From Enoplolaimus lenunculus (Eukaryota): 64,000 nucleotides of DNA. Location: NCBI GenBank assembly GCA_030248215.1, contig JASANG010001276.1:248001-312000 (forward strand), given 5' to 3'. Position 1 is the first letter of the stretch. Every line of letters begins with the position of its first letter. Shown in pieces: positions 25,801-39,289 of this stretch. A program made the position numbers and the translations under genes. The notes under the pieces are model-generated. The model was not told the origin of the DNA and did not search any database. It saw nothing but the letters and a program-made list of their open reading frames with translations.

Positions 25801-28800
25801 AATAACAAACAGCAATGTGGATGGATTTTTTCGTCTACCAAATTAACACTTGTGAGTAGGGAATTATAACAAATGCCCAACGATATGCTGTTTTTGTATA
25901 CTGATCCCTGGCTAAAATATGTGGACACTTGCGGGATAGGCACCTTTATATTGTACGCGATATTAGCAGTCGGTATATGTTAGCCAGGTCATCGCTGTAT
26001 TAACTTTTAACGCAAAAACTTGCACATGTAAATTAGGGTTAAAGCAATACAGCAATACTTGCATCAGGTTTATGTTGTTCAGTGCATGCGTCATATTTTT
26101 ACGGACGGAAAAAACTATTTTGCAAACGGATTCGAAGTACTCAAAAATATGAAACTTCAAGTGAAACCATTTTTACAATTTTAAAGCCAGCATTTTGTTT
26201 TAGAACCCTCTAAAAATAAACTTAAATTATAACTCAATTGAACTTGAATTGAGCTTAAGTAAAACTTATATGGCTGGACGAACTAACTGATCTAGAAATT
26301 GATGTTTCATATTTTTAAGTTTACGGCGAGTTTAAGCTAAAGTTATTTTCAGTTCAAGGTACAAGTGCTACTCAGAAACTATGTAGTTTTGGAGTTCATT
26401 AAATTTAGATCAACCTAAAAATATGTCATATTTCAAATGAGTTCTATCCGTAATCTATCAGTTAGTTTAGCTCATCCAGAAAATTAGTTTAACACTGCTA
26501 GATTAGCTTTTAAGCTTAAATACTGTATTGACCCGAATAGGAGGGGGGCAATGAGAGGGAGGTCCCCATTTTGGGTCCGAATCAATAAGAGTGCGTATCC
26601 CTAATAAATGTCCGTAAGCGGATAGACTCCCTAAACCCAATTAGAGTCCATAAATGTCAATTAACCCTAATTGTAGCACATAAATGACTCCAGGACCAAA
26701 TAATTTGAGTTCGAAGCTTAAAAGCGTACTTAAATTTTGAAAGTACATTCCTAAGTATAACCTTTCGATATCGCTCAAACTATTGAAACGAGACAAATAA
26801 CCGTTTAATTCAACGGATAATTGCAGTACCGGATATATATCGCTAACGAAGGGCGGCGGAGCATGGGTTAAAAATAAATAACAGTCCGTAACCGAATATC
26901 AAGGGGGTACCCTCTGGAGAGGCCAAATAAATATCAGTCCCCCCTCTTATTCGGGTCAATACAGTAGAGTTAGTTCAAGCTTTTAGAGAGTACTGGTAAA
27001 GACCCTGGTGCCAATTAAACTAGATATATCAGAAAGGACACCGTTCCATCTTGTTGAGCAACTCTGTTTGGCAAACAGTGAATATATTTTTGATGGTTTT
27101 TAGGAATTTTTAATGGTTTTTAGGAATTTTTGATGGTTTTTAGGAATTTTTGATGGTTTTTAGGAATTTTTGATGGTTTTTAGGAATTTGTGATGGTTTT
27201 TAGGAATTTTTAATGGTTTTTAGGAATTTTTGATGGTTTTTAGGAATTTTTGATGGTTTTTAGGATTTTTTGATGGTTTTTAGGAATTTTTAATGGTTTT
27301 TAGGAATTTTTGATGGTTTTTAGGAATTTTTGATGGTTTTTAGGAGGTGAATATTGCAATGAATGGCAATTAAACAAAAACGACGAACAAAACGCAAACT
27401 ATTCGCGATTGTGGGAAAAATGTGTCACTGACAAAGGCTGTGCGACGCTGCATTTTTGTGAAGAATGGGACGTTCGAATTATTGAGACAGCTGTGTTGGG
27501 TCCATTTAAAGGAATGGTTCATGATAATATGAACGTTCATCGATTTAAGGTAAAACTAGCGCGCTTGTTTAATCACATGCTTTATTGGTTTGCAAATATG
27601 CTCAGGAACCATCAAAAACTCAACAAATAATGCTATACACTGTAAATTTCAGTGAGTTGATTTTAACTCAGAATGAGTTAAATCACTCAGTCTGAGTTAG
27701 GACTCACATTCTGATTTATTTAATAAACTCCCCCTGAATCAACTCAACTCAGAGTGAGAATCGATCAATTCAGAGTGTAGTTAAAGAGCTTACTGTTATT
27801 AACTTAGAAAAAACTAACTTTCCGTCTGAGTTGATTAATTAATTCGTTGGAATTTACAGTGTATATTCTTGTTGTTGACCATAACTCACGTAATTTTTGA
27901 TTTACGGTAAATTTGAATATACTTTCGAAAAGCGCTAATAAAACACATTTATTTCATAAGTTTGTACATTAATGCCTCCATTTCATGAATATTGTAGGAA
28001 TGCTTGTTTAGCTTTTCACAGGCCAGTACTTGGCCCCAGAATTATGTGCCAATGCATAAATTGTACAGCCTATATACTATAACGTTACATAAAAATGTTT
28101 AGCCTCTAGGAACGTACATCCGTCCGAATCTTATTGCACTACCACACTGTTGTACTTTAATGTTCTGGGTTTACCAACAATTTGGAATTTTTAAACCATA
28201 AAACCAGGTTGATCCTGCAGTTTAAATAGATTGCAAAAATTGCAAAACGCGATAGCTTTTCGCATTTTGAAAAAATACTTATATTGAACAAAAATCAGTG
28301 TTTTGACAAATGCTTAAAAAGTATACTTAAAAGTTTATCTATGCTAGCTATTGATTTTAGAGTTTCTTCACATGCAAAAATCGTTCGGAAAAATGGGGCT
28401 TGTAAGGCGAAAAGCGTTTAAACAACGTTTTCTTTAGACATGATTCCATATAAACATTTTTTTGCATGTGCAAGTTTGGCCACCAAGCAGCTTTGAAGTT
28501 CTTGCAAAGGAAAATTATTAACTGGAATTTATGCTACTTTATTTAATTCGCGTCTGTGAACGCACTTGCAAGTCGCTTGAATTCCTTGCACCTGCAGTCT
28601 GATTGGTCAATTGAAATGTTCCTTTGAAAATACTTGCTGTTACAAGTATTTCGTGCATGTTGCACCCCCGAGTTCTCGCTGCAAAAACTTGCACGTGTGA
28701 ATGAGGATTTAGCTGAAAACATTCAAAGTTGCTCACACTCTGGTGCTAATGCGATTATTTGTCAACGAAACAAAAAATTTCAGATATTTGTCGCTCCGCA

Positions 28801-29101
28801 ACTGACTCGTATCAACGAAGAGCTTATCATGTCAAACTCTCAATGGGTTGGTAGTGTTGGCGGTCTGCTTGGTATGTATGTCGGTGTTTCATTGATGTCT
28901 TTATCATCGCTGTTGATCTATTGTTGTGACAGATATCACGATAAGCAGAACAAAGTTAGCGAAGTTGACACATTAAAAAAGCCACCGAACTATGACGAAG
29001 CGATAACTCAACACGATAAACACAATGATTTGTTTACCGTTAATCGATCAGATTTTGATCCGGCGTACATTCATCATCGTTATACGGGTTTCACGAAGTA
29101 A
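22867..29101 (+). CDS. Divergent DEG/ENaC (pickpocket/ASIC-like) channel subunit, paralog 1, ~475 aa
   Basis: Exons 22867-23466, 24404-24707, 27344-27549, 28784-29101 join in frame (1428 nt). TM1 followed by QPTTT; Cys-rich thumb (C..C.LDC....C); TM2 WVGSVGGLLGMYVGVSLMSL matches the GGxxGxxxGxS channel signature. Confidence 0.85.
25274..25462 (+). mobile_element. TTAA-type tRNA-cassette MITE, internally deleted copy
   Basis: Matches 29210-29472 but jumps from CGCCTCCCAC directly to the TGTGAGAAAGGG|TTAA end, so the B-box is lost. Confidence 0.8.
27086..27345 (+). repeat. 20-bp minisatellite (TTTTTGATGGTTTTTAGGAA)n, ~13 units, overlapping the exon-3 acceptor of DEG/ENaC paralog 1
   Basis: Tandem units read directly; the last TTTTTAG|GA is the acceptor of exon 27344-27549. 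Confidence 0.95.
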
Positions 29102-29209
29102 AAATGAGTTGAACTCATCAAATCGTTTGAAGATGTTGTTTGAAACACCTGAAAAGCGTTTAAAATAGCGTTTATATGGACACGGTTACTTAATATTTTG
29201 TTCATTTAA

Positions 29210-29472
29210 CCCCTTCTCACATTGAGTTGCCTGTAGGCAACTCAACGCAGTGTATATACGTTAAATAGTATATATCGCACCGTGTTTAACAATTGCAGCA
29301 CGTATACATAGCACTAAATCACCACAAGACGTGAGAGCCCCCTCGGGCTCGAGCGTCAAGCTCCTATAGCTGAGTGGTGATGGTATACGCCTCCCACTCC
29401 AGTCACTGGAGTTCGAATCCTAGCATAAAAGTAGGTCTCAGGGGAAATAGAAAATATTCATGTGAGAAAGGG
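29210..29472 (+). mobile_element. TTAA-type (piggyBac-like) MITE, 263 bp, with internal tRNA-Gly-like Pol III cassette
   Basis: TTAA|CCCCTTCTCACA...TGTGAGAAAGGG|TTAA; A-box TAGCTGAGTGG 29367-29377, CGCCTCCCAC loop region, B-box GTTCGAATCC 29411-29420. Confidence 0.9.
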
Positions 29473-32400
29473 TTAAGCTACATGTTATGTATGTAAGGAT
29501 ATTTCTGTGTAAACGTTTTAGTGTGATTTTAATTTTTTGTCGAAAGATGATAATTAATGTTTTCTCGATAAGTTAGTGAAATTATTAAAATTTGACCAAT
29601 ACCGAATAAAAAATGTCTCAAGATCAGTGGGTCAGTGTTCACATTTTGAACGGTTTTCGACTGTCTGGTTACTTGATCTTAATTCAAGTTGTAGTTAAAG
29701 TTCTGAATCGTATATTTTGTATTGTGCAATTTACTCCATTAAAGCGCTGGCCAATGTAAAGAACAGGGGCTGAACACTATTATAAGCATATTACTAAGCC
29801 TAAGCCTAAGCCTGAAGCGTAAGAATAAGTATATTCATAAGCCTAAGCCTAAAGCCTAAACCTAAGACAATCAAAACCAATGAGTCTAAAGCGTAAGCTT
29901 ACTCTATTGCAGTCCCACAGAAAAACGTTCAACCCCTGATCTTTACGTGGACCAGAGCGCTGAATAATGCTGTCAATAAACATCGCTAATTGTTTCGTGT
30001 TTTCGGAAAAGATTTATAAAAATTAATTCAAATACACACTCTGTTTGTAGTTTAAAATCGCATTCACGCGTGCAAGTTTTTACAGCAAGAATTTGCAGCT
30101 GCAACTTGCGATGAGCTACAAGCATTTGGATAAAATACAACTAGTTTACCGCATTAAATATTAAACAAAACCTATATTTTATAGGTTCGGCTACGGATTA
30201 TAAATTAATTTGACTTGTTTACACTATAATGCTTTGCGTATATTCATCATGAGTCTCTGAATGAATATTCTACAAAAACTTGCAGCTGCACCTTTAGCTA
30301 CAAGAAACATTCACTTGTGAAGGTTTTTTTCGAAATTTCTTGACACTGAATCGCTTTCATATCCTTCAAACTTCTATTTTGTGTTGGAGATTTGTAAAAT
30401 TAGACAAGTCATCATCGCCACGGCCTACAAAATATTAAACACGTTTGATATTTGAATGAAGCCAAGTTTGTTGAAAAATTTAAAAAGTGATAAGTGCGTT
30501 CACACGTTTGAATTGAATTTAACATTATTTTAGACAATCTTGGTCAAACATACGACGTCTAGAAGACTTGAACTTAAATGAATTACTTAAGTCGCCGACT
30601 TAAGTATAAATACTTAACTTTTTGAACAAAAACAGACCAACATCAAATGTGAGCTATTGTCATAACAAGATAGTCAGCGACTTAAGTACTTACTTAAAAC
30701 ATTAGTACGCTTTTAAAAACGACAAACTGGTTAATTAATTACTTACGTACAAAGTTAGGGTTTTAGAAACCCAGCGTATCGTAAACAACTTTAATGTCCT
30801 ATTCACACGTGCAAGTTTTTGCAGCGAAAACTTGCACATGCAAGGTGCAAGTTTGGTCACAAAGCAGCTTTGAAGTTCTGGCAGCTGCAAATTTTATTCA
30901 ATGTAATTCATGCAATTGAATTTAATTCGCACCTGTGAACGCAGTTTCAAGACACTTGAATTACTTTCACCCGCAGTTTGATTGGTCAATCGGAATGTGC
31001 CTTTGAAAATACCTGCACCTGCAAGTATTTCGTGCAAGTTGCAGCTGCGAGTTATCGGTGCAAAAGTTGCACATGTGAATGGGGCTAAATACAATCCTGT
31101 ATTATCTTTTATACACAGATTAAGCACGATCCAAATTTTAGCTATTGACAGTTTAGACCAATGAATCTTACGAATAAATTTTTACGTCTGGCATTTACCT
31201 TAAAAATTAAATACAGTACTATTACTGCGAGCTATCCCAACGCCGACTCATAATGTGGAAACGAAAAGTTTTTACCTCATAATCAAACATATTTAATAAT
31301 ATTTGTTAACTACTTGCCGACACTATAGATATTTCATGTGCGTATTTACTTTTAAGTGGTATATATCAAGACAACACAACACAGGCATTCGCCAATGTAA
31401 AGAACAGGGGCGGAACAGTATATAAAAGCTTTATTCCAAAGCCTAAACCTGAGCAGGCGTAAGCCCAAGCGAAAGAATGAGTTTATTCCTAAACCTATAT
31501 TAAGCCTATGCACAAGCCTAAGCCAAGCAAAAAAAAATAGTCTAAAACTTAAACTTATTCCATTCTAGTCCTAGATATTGATGCAACTACTAGTTTTAAG
31601 ATGACACAATCAGATATTTTAACAAGTAAAACTTTCTTGAAAATAAGAAATTTGTTTGTCCAAATTCCATATGGATTTCTTGAATATCAAACTTTGTTCA
31701 ACAGTGCGTATTTCAGACACAAATATTTGAAACTTTGTAAAAACAAAAACGCCTTAAATCCGAAAATTTTATGACTTCAAAATTTTAATGCCGATGTCTT
31801 AAACCGTTAACATAATCTGTTGTGCATTAGCTGCATATTCTATAACTACTGCATGGTTTCGGTGTAGGTATATTGTGGTTTCATGGTTTGAGAAACACAG
31901 ATTGGCACACCAATCTTACATGCTTATCCTTAGTGACAATCTTTTGTTTTGCGATTTACAATGGTCAACACAGTATAAATTTTTAATGACCCTTCAAATG
32001 CTGCTGTTAACTACAGTAATACCACAAAAATGGATCACAATTTGTGCGCTCCAATCATCATGTTTGGATGAGGTTTGTAGCCTGCAAATGCCAAATGAAA
32101 CACAGGTTATATGCCACGCTTGGGTGATTTTACAGTTTAAAATGTGGAAATTTTCTAAATAAACTTTATCGTTTGACATCATTCGAACTAATTTCAAAAA
32201 ATGTGGGCATTTGATTTTTCCCATTGATAATTTTGCAAGTTTTCCCATTGAACCCTAATGAATTTCTGTGGCCGCTGGCAAGGTGCGAATTCTCTGCTGA
32301 GACAACCTTTAAAACATTGAAGAATGTAAGTGGTAATACTGTAGGGACCCGAATAAGGGGAACTGATATTTATTTGGCCTCTCCGGAGGGTACCCCCTGT

Positions 32401-34561
32401 TATTCGGTTACGGACTGTTATTTATTTTTAACCCACACTCCGCCACCCTTAGTTACTGATATATCCGGTACTACAATTATCGGTTGTGGAGCGATATACA
32501 AGGTTATACTTAGTAATGGGCTTTCAAAACTTAAGTACGCTTTAAAGTTTTGAACTCAACTTCATTTGGTCCTGCAGTCATTTATGCGCTACAACTAGGG
32601 ATAATTGACATTTATGGACTCTAATTAGGGTTTAGGGACTCTATCCGCTTACGGAATCTTATTAGGTATACGGACTCCTATTGATTGGGACTCAAATGGG
32701 GGCCCACCCCTTATTACCCCACACCCTCTTTTTCGGGTCACTACAGTAGCTGCAATCGTTTGCAACGAGATCTGTTATAACGGCATAATTCTTGACGATA
32801 GTATGCAAAATTCTTGGTAAACCGTACCTTTTCAAATGAATAAGTGGTTTTTATTTAAAAAGTCATTAACCCTGCCTAAAAAACAGATCGCGTTTTCGTA
32901 ATTATGGTATTCATTTATTTGTTTTGCATTCGATTTTGTTTAGATTAGCTTTCAATTTGTTGGCCATACGTTTGCCAGCGTTTCTCGAGCCCGGCGGCTA
33001 ATGTAAAGAACAGGGGTGGAACTGTATTATAAACATATTCCTAAGCGTAAGCCTAAACTTAATCCTAAACCTAAGCCAAGCAAAAAACATAGTTTAAAGC
33101 TTAACCTTACTCTTTTGTAGTCCGACAGAAAAACGTTCCGAACATGATCTTTACATGTGTCAGCCCGGCATAAGAAAGGTTTGCTGTTCGAATCGTACAA
33201 GTAATAAAAATCATGTGCAAGATAATAATTATATTGGAAGCTTTGTTTTAGGGTATATAGAACGCCCCCCAAACATACAATCCTTGCATACCATTGACGG
33301 ACTCAGATTAGCTGGGAATAAAACCTTCAAACAGTTTTGTGAGCTGAATACTTTAACGGTTTAAAGTAGACGTGTTTTCTAGCCAAACAGATGAAGAATA
33401 CAGAACGGATACAATACAAGTTTACAATGTTGCGCTTTCGGCACCACTTTTAGTTAAATCGGAAGCTATTGAAATATTTGCTAAATGAGCTTTAAAAAGT
33501 AATATTTCCAAACATAAAAACTACTCTCCTTCACCAATCAATCATGTGTCGGCCAGATAATTCAGACCTGGTAAAAAATAGGGTCTTTTCTGTTATTCCC
33601 CTCAGCTTGCAGTTGCCGAAAAATGACTCGAGTTTGAAAATTTTTGCGTAGTTTGAAAATTTTTGCGTATTTGAACTTCTCATTTCTTCCCCTGATCATT
33701 CCACGATGCATCATGCGAAGCTGAGACCAATGGTGTTAAATTTTTTGCAATCAGACAATTGGTTAAAAATTGTGGTAAAATAGGCGTGAAAATCAGTTAT
33801 TTGACAATAACTCGTTAACCAACTGTCTGATTGCGAAAATTTTTACGGCATTTGACTCGGCTCTGCAAGCTGCATCAAATGGCATATAATTTGTCGAACT
33901 TTTTCGCGAAAAACTTGCTTTAGTAACTTGGCGTTTTTCCATTGATAGTCTTACAAATTTTCCCATTGAACCCTAATGAATTCCTGTGGCCGTTGGCGAG
34001 GTTTCAATTTTCTGCTGAGGCAACCTCTAAAACATTGAAGAATGAAAGTGGTTAAATACTGTAGTGACGAAAATAAGAGGGGGGACTGATGTTTATTTAG
34101 GTTACCCCCTGCTATTCGGCTACGGACTGTTATTTATTTTTAACCCATGCTCTGCAACTCTTCGTTACTGATACATCCGGCGCTGCAATTTTCCGTTGAA
34201 CTAAGCATTTTTTGTCTTGATTTAAGACTATACTTAGGAAGATACTTTCAAAAGTTAAATACTCTTTAAAGTTTCAAGCTCAACTTTATTTGGCCCTAAA
34301 GTCATTAATGCACTACAATTAGAGATAATTGGCATTTATGGATTATGGACATTTATGGATTCTATGTACTGTTTAGAGACTCTATCGGCTTACGGACTCG
34401 TATTAGGAATACAGGCATCAATTGATAAGGACTCAAAATGGGGACCCGCCTCTTATTACCCGCCTTTTAGTCGGGTCACTACAGTAGATTCATAATAAAA
34501 CATTAACGTTTTAAAGCAATACCTTTTCCTTCTTTTTGTCCATTTTTGACATATCTCAGTA

Positions 34562-37500
34562 ATGCGGTCACGTTATCGTAGAATAATTCTCGTAATATTT
34601 GGCACAGTTTGCTTCATAATATTCCTCGTTCAAGCGATATCGGTGACAACTAAATTTTTGAATCAACCAACTACAACTATATTTCATACGTACGCGTCGA
34701 ATATTAGTCAACTGTTAACGTTGTTGATTTGCTGTCAAGTTAACGAATGCCTTGGGTCGAATCATGGTGCAGCTCAAGTTCCTTTATGGACCCGACACTC
34801 GAACGGGTTTCGATATGCTCAAGGCTATTGGCCGCTACAATCAAGCGATATCGAGTCATGTCTGCGGTCAAAACAGTGCGCTAAGCCAACGGAAGCAGAT
34901 TTGAATGAAGAAATGAAACAGCTACGAGTGACATCAGTGAACGAGTACTTAAAGTTGAAATCTGACTTTTCAGTGTATCATCAAGACTTAAATCGAGGGG
35001 TGTTGCCGGACGCGCAGTACGTGACACCCCCCGAGCAACTTGTAGGCCAATGGTCAGGACATCATAATACAGTTTGCTTTAATGCGGTTAATGTCCTTGA
35101 AGCTGCGAATACGTTCAATGGATCGTTCAGTTCAAGGTTTTTGGACGCTACATCGAAGCATTCAAAGCTGCAACGCGGTGAAATTACTGAAGTTGTTTTT
35201 ATGATTAAGGTTAGTTTTCTTTCGTTGCATTAATATGATGGCCAATGTTACTTTAAAGGACGTAACAGTATATTAAGCGTATTCCTAAGCCTAAGCCTAA
35301 GCCTAAGCGTTGCAAAAAAGTGTTCCTAAGCCTTAGCCTAAGCCTAAACGTAAGCCTAAGCCTAAGCCTAAGCCTAAGTCTAAGCAAAAAATGTAATATC
35401 GAATCTAAACCTACTCTTTTACGGACCCACCAGAAGCCTGGACGCCCTTTAAAGTAACATGGGTCAATATGATGGACGAATGTTACTTTTGGAGATCGTC
35501 GCGGATTCCGGCGGAACTGCAATAGAATATAAACATACTCTTTTGATTATTTTTCGTTTTAGGCCCTTATACTCAAATGTGTATAGCATCTATCATCAGT
35601 TAGTAATACGTTTTCAAACTCACTAACTATTGCAGTCGCTGAACTCAAAATTGGTACAGAAATAGAGCAAATTATATGACAAAAATGTGCTGAATTTTGA
35701 GCCTCACGATTCACTGGTTCCAAAACTAGTGGACCTATCACCAACTGGTAATAGGTGTTACAAACATTTGAGAATACAGACCGCAGGCTGAGGAATACGA
35801 TTAGCTTGGTTTTGCGCCCTTAAAAGACAACATAGGCACTTTGATAAAGCTCGTGAAATGATTTCACTATGTGGACCAGTCAATGGTGTTTGGTTATTAA
35901 CTTGAACCACAAAAGCTTAGGTTTATTTCAAAATCCACGGCACGACTTGTCGTATCTATTTTTTCAACATGGTGCACTGGGAAGGACAGCGAGAATACAG
36001 CAAATTTTTACACATTACTTGTTTGTAGGTAAATCAGCTGAGAGGAAATTATGAAACAAAGTACACCAAATTGCTGTAAACGTGGTATAAAGTTTGTTCA
36101 ATACCCAGGCCTTGATTGTCTCGTTTGACCACCTTCTCGCGTTTGCCGTTCGCGATCACATCAGGGTCACTGAAAATAAGGTTCATTAAATAGAAACGGG
36201 TTAAATGCTTTATCCAACATTAATATTCGTCAACAAATAAAGAAAACAAGCACATAAACAGTTCAAATATCCTGAGCAGAGTTGGTCGATATACCATAAT
36301 CATGCTTCATGCAAATTAACTAAACCCAGTATCGAACACAGCTTAAATAAAATTTCCTAAACTGAATCGGTGTTAGCCAAACGGAAAATATTAGCAATCA
36401 AAGCCATAGCATTTAGAAATTAAAAATATAAGGGTGTGCAACACTCTTGAAAATAAATTTGATAAGATTCAAGGCTGCACTATGCTTGGTTGCACAATCG
36501 TACAAATTGTACCAAAAGCCAAATTTTCAGATACCCTCGGCAAAAAGTCTCTACGTCACTTTGCATACGGGTTCGAAATGGTACACAATACAGCACGCGT
36601 ACTGGACGCATATTTTGATCGAAGATCCTTGGGTGTACGTCAACGCGTCATTAACGTTCTATTTACGAGCCGACATTCAACGATTAGTTGCAATAAACCG
36701 CCGGACGCAGCCGTGTTTACCGGTTGAAAACGGCTCTAAATATCCTGCGAAATTCGCTCGGCACCGATGCGAATTCGATTGTGATGAAGCAACTCAAATA
36801 TCAATATATAATTGTTCGTTTGCGAGCATCATTACAGGAAATTCGAGTAAGATTTGTCGTTTCGTGGTTGTTTGAAACATGCTCGGCAGGACTACACAAT
36901 AACCTGAGTCAACTTCGACTCCGCCAGAGTCAAACGTGCGAGTCAATGAGTTGAATTTGACTATGGCTGAGTCCAATTTGAATCAGTTTGTGTATTACCG
37001 TAGAGACTATTTTGGAAATAGTCAATTTGACTCAGCATTTTTTTGCAAGTGTGGGCGGATCCTACAGTTGGTCCAGAGGGGATGGTTAGAGGCGTTCCTT
37101 CGACACAACTTCCATACTGAAAATTTTGCACAGCAAATTGTTGCACTGGCACCGGGAATGCGTTTGTACCCAAATCGTACAAAAACATATCGCAAATGCG
37201 TCACACAGCAAAAAATGATGAGTCAAATTGACTCTTTCCGACATATGCTTTTCCGGACTACACAAACTTAGTCAAAATTCGACTCCGCCAGAGTCCAATT
37301 CCAATCACCGAGCGACTCTGTTAGTCGAATTTGACTCTGGCCAATTTGAGTCACCATTCTTTGCAGTGCAGTTAAAAAATTTTATCACCAACTAGTGATA
37401 GGTGCTACGCACATTTAAGAATACAGGCTCTGGTTTAATACTTGCCAGTGCTTCGAAACAGTATGTATATCAATTGCAGCCTATAAGCCGTGCAATAATT

Positions 37501-38745
37501 GGGAAGAAAACTATTCACAAATGGCGCAAGCGGAATACAACCGACTTTGGGAAAAGTGCGTTGCGGAGCGACAATGCGCCACCAAGCGGTTTTGCGAAGA
37601 ATGGGATATTCGGCTAGCAGAATCGTCAGTGCTAGGACCATATCGTATTGTTGAAAAAAATATGTCGATATTCCGGTTTAAGGTACAATTAACCCCTTCT
37701 CACATTGAGTTGCCTGTAGGCAACTCAGTGCAGTGTATATACGTTAAATAGTATATATCGCACCGTGTTTAACAATTGCAACACGTATACATAGTACTAA
37801 ATCACCACAAGACGTGAGAGCCCCCTCGGGCTCGAGTGTCAAGCTCCTATAGCTGAGTGGTGATGGTATACGTCTCCCACTCCAGTCACTGGAGTTTGAA
37901 TCATAGCATAAAAGTAGGTCTCAGGGGAAATAGAAAATATTCATGTGAGAAAGGGTTAAAACATAGTTCTGTCTGAGTAATAGTCGGGATGTTATTATAT
38001 TGACCCGAATAAGTGAGGGGTAATAAGAGGGGGTCCCCGTTTTGAGTCCCAATCAGTAGTAGTCAGTATCCCTAATAAGAGTTCGTAAGCGGATACATTC
38101 CCTAAACTCTAATTAGAGTCCCAATTATCGCTAATTATAGCGCATAAATAACTCCAGGACCAAATAATTTGAGTTCGAAACTTTAAAGCGTACATAAATT
38201 TTGAAAGTACATTCCTAACTATAACTTTGCGTATCGTTCAAGCTATTGACACATGACAAACAAACGTTTAATTCAACGGATAGTTGCAATACCGAATAAA
38301 ATTAGCAGTTGCAAGAACTTCAAAGCTGCTTTGTGACCAAACTTACACATGTAAGTTGCACGTGCAAGGTTTGTGACCAAACTTATACATGTAAGTTGCA
38401 TGTGCAAGGTGTTGCTGCAAAAAACTTGCACATTTGAAAAGGACTTTAATGTTTTAGATCTTTGTCGCTCCTCAAAGTCGATTGGTAGAAGAAAAACTCA
38501 TAATTACATTCGAAGAATGGGTCGCTAATGTTGGCGGACTAATGGGAATATGTCTTGGAGCTTCGCTGATTAGTTTATCGTCATTGATAATATTCGTCTG
38601 CGATAAGATGCATGAAACGAAACTTATTAATGAAAATGTGAAAGAAACGAGCGATGAACCGCGTAAAAAGATAAGTTTTGATTTCAGTAGGCGAAGCAGC
38701 ATTTGGGAACCATATCGTTTGCATAGAACAAAACTATCGTATTGA
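34562..38745 (+). CDS. Divergent DEG/ENaC channel subunit, paralog 2, ~484 aa
   Basis: Exons 34562-35209, 36531-36846, 37480-37682, 38458-38745 join in frame (1455 nt). Intron positions and phases are identical to paralog 1 (RGEITEVVFMIK|, RFK|IFVAPQ); TM2 WVANVGGLMGICLGASLISL. Confidence 0.85.
37693..37955 (+). mobile_element. TTAA-type tRNA-cassette MITE, full-length copy
   Basis: TTAA on both sides, near-identical to 29210-29472; sits 10 nt after the exon-3 boundary of paralog 2. Confidence 0.9.
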
Positions 38746-39289
38746 CTAAAATATCACAATATTTGAAGTGGCGTAACAGCAGATTAAGCGTATTCTTAAG
38801 GCTAAGCCTAAGCCTAAGCGTTGCAAAAATGAGTTCCTAAGCCCAAACTTAAGCGTTAGCCTAAGCAAAAAAAATATAATCAAGAATCTATACTCTTTTA
38901 TAGAGCCACCAGAAACCTGGACGCCTCTTAAAGTAACATGGGCCCAACTGCTGGTCGAAAGTAAAGTATTGTTTGAGAGTTATAATACCAAGATCGAAAT
39001 AGGCGGGGTACAAGGGTGTCAGAGGTGTTAGTTGACATCCTTAGAAATATATAGGAGTGTTGGACGTCGTGAATACCGATAAAAATGGTAGCAAACCTAA
39101 AATTTTGTGTTGGAATTTGAAATATTTAACTTTTAGTGCGCTTTCTTTTATCTTTTGCAAGCGTGTGCTGCCGTGCGGCAATACTCGCATAAAAAATTTC
39201 AAGAAGTATATACACAGGGAATCCACAATTTCCAAAACTAAATTCAGGGGTTTCAATTCCAAGTTGCTGTTGAATTCAAGGTTCTTTAA

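Noticed and set aside
29360..29430. Functional tRNA-Gly gene
   Set aside because: Acceptor and anticodon stems do not pair properly and the sequence is part of a repeated TIR element.
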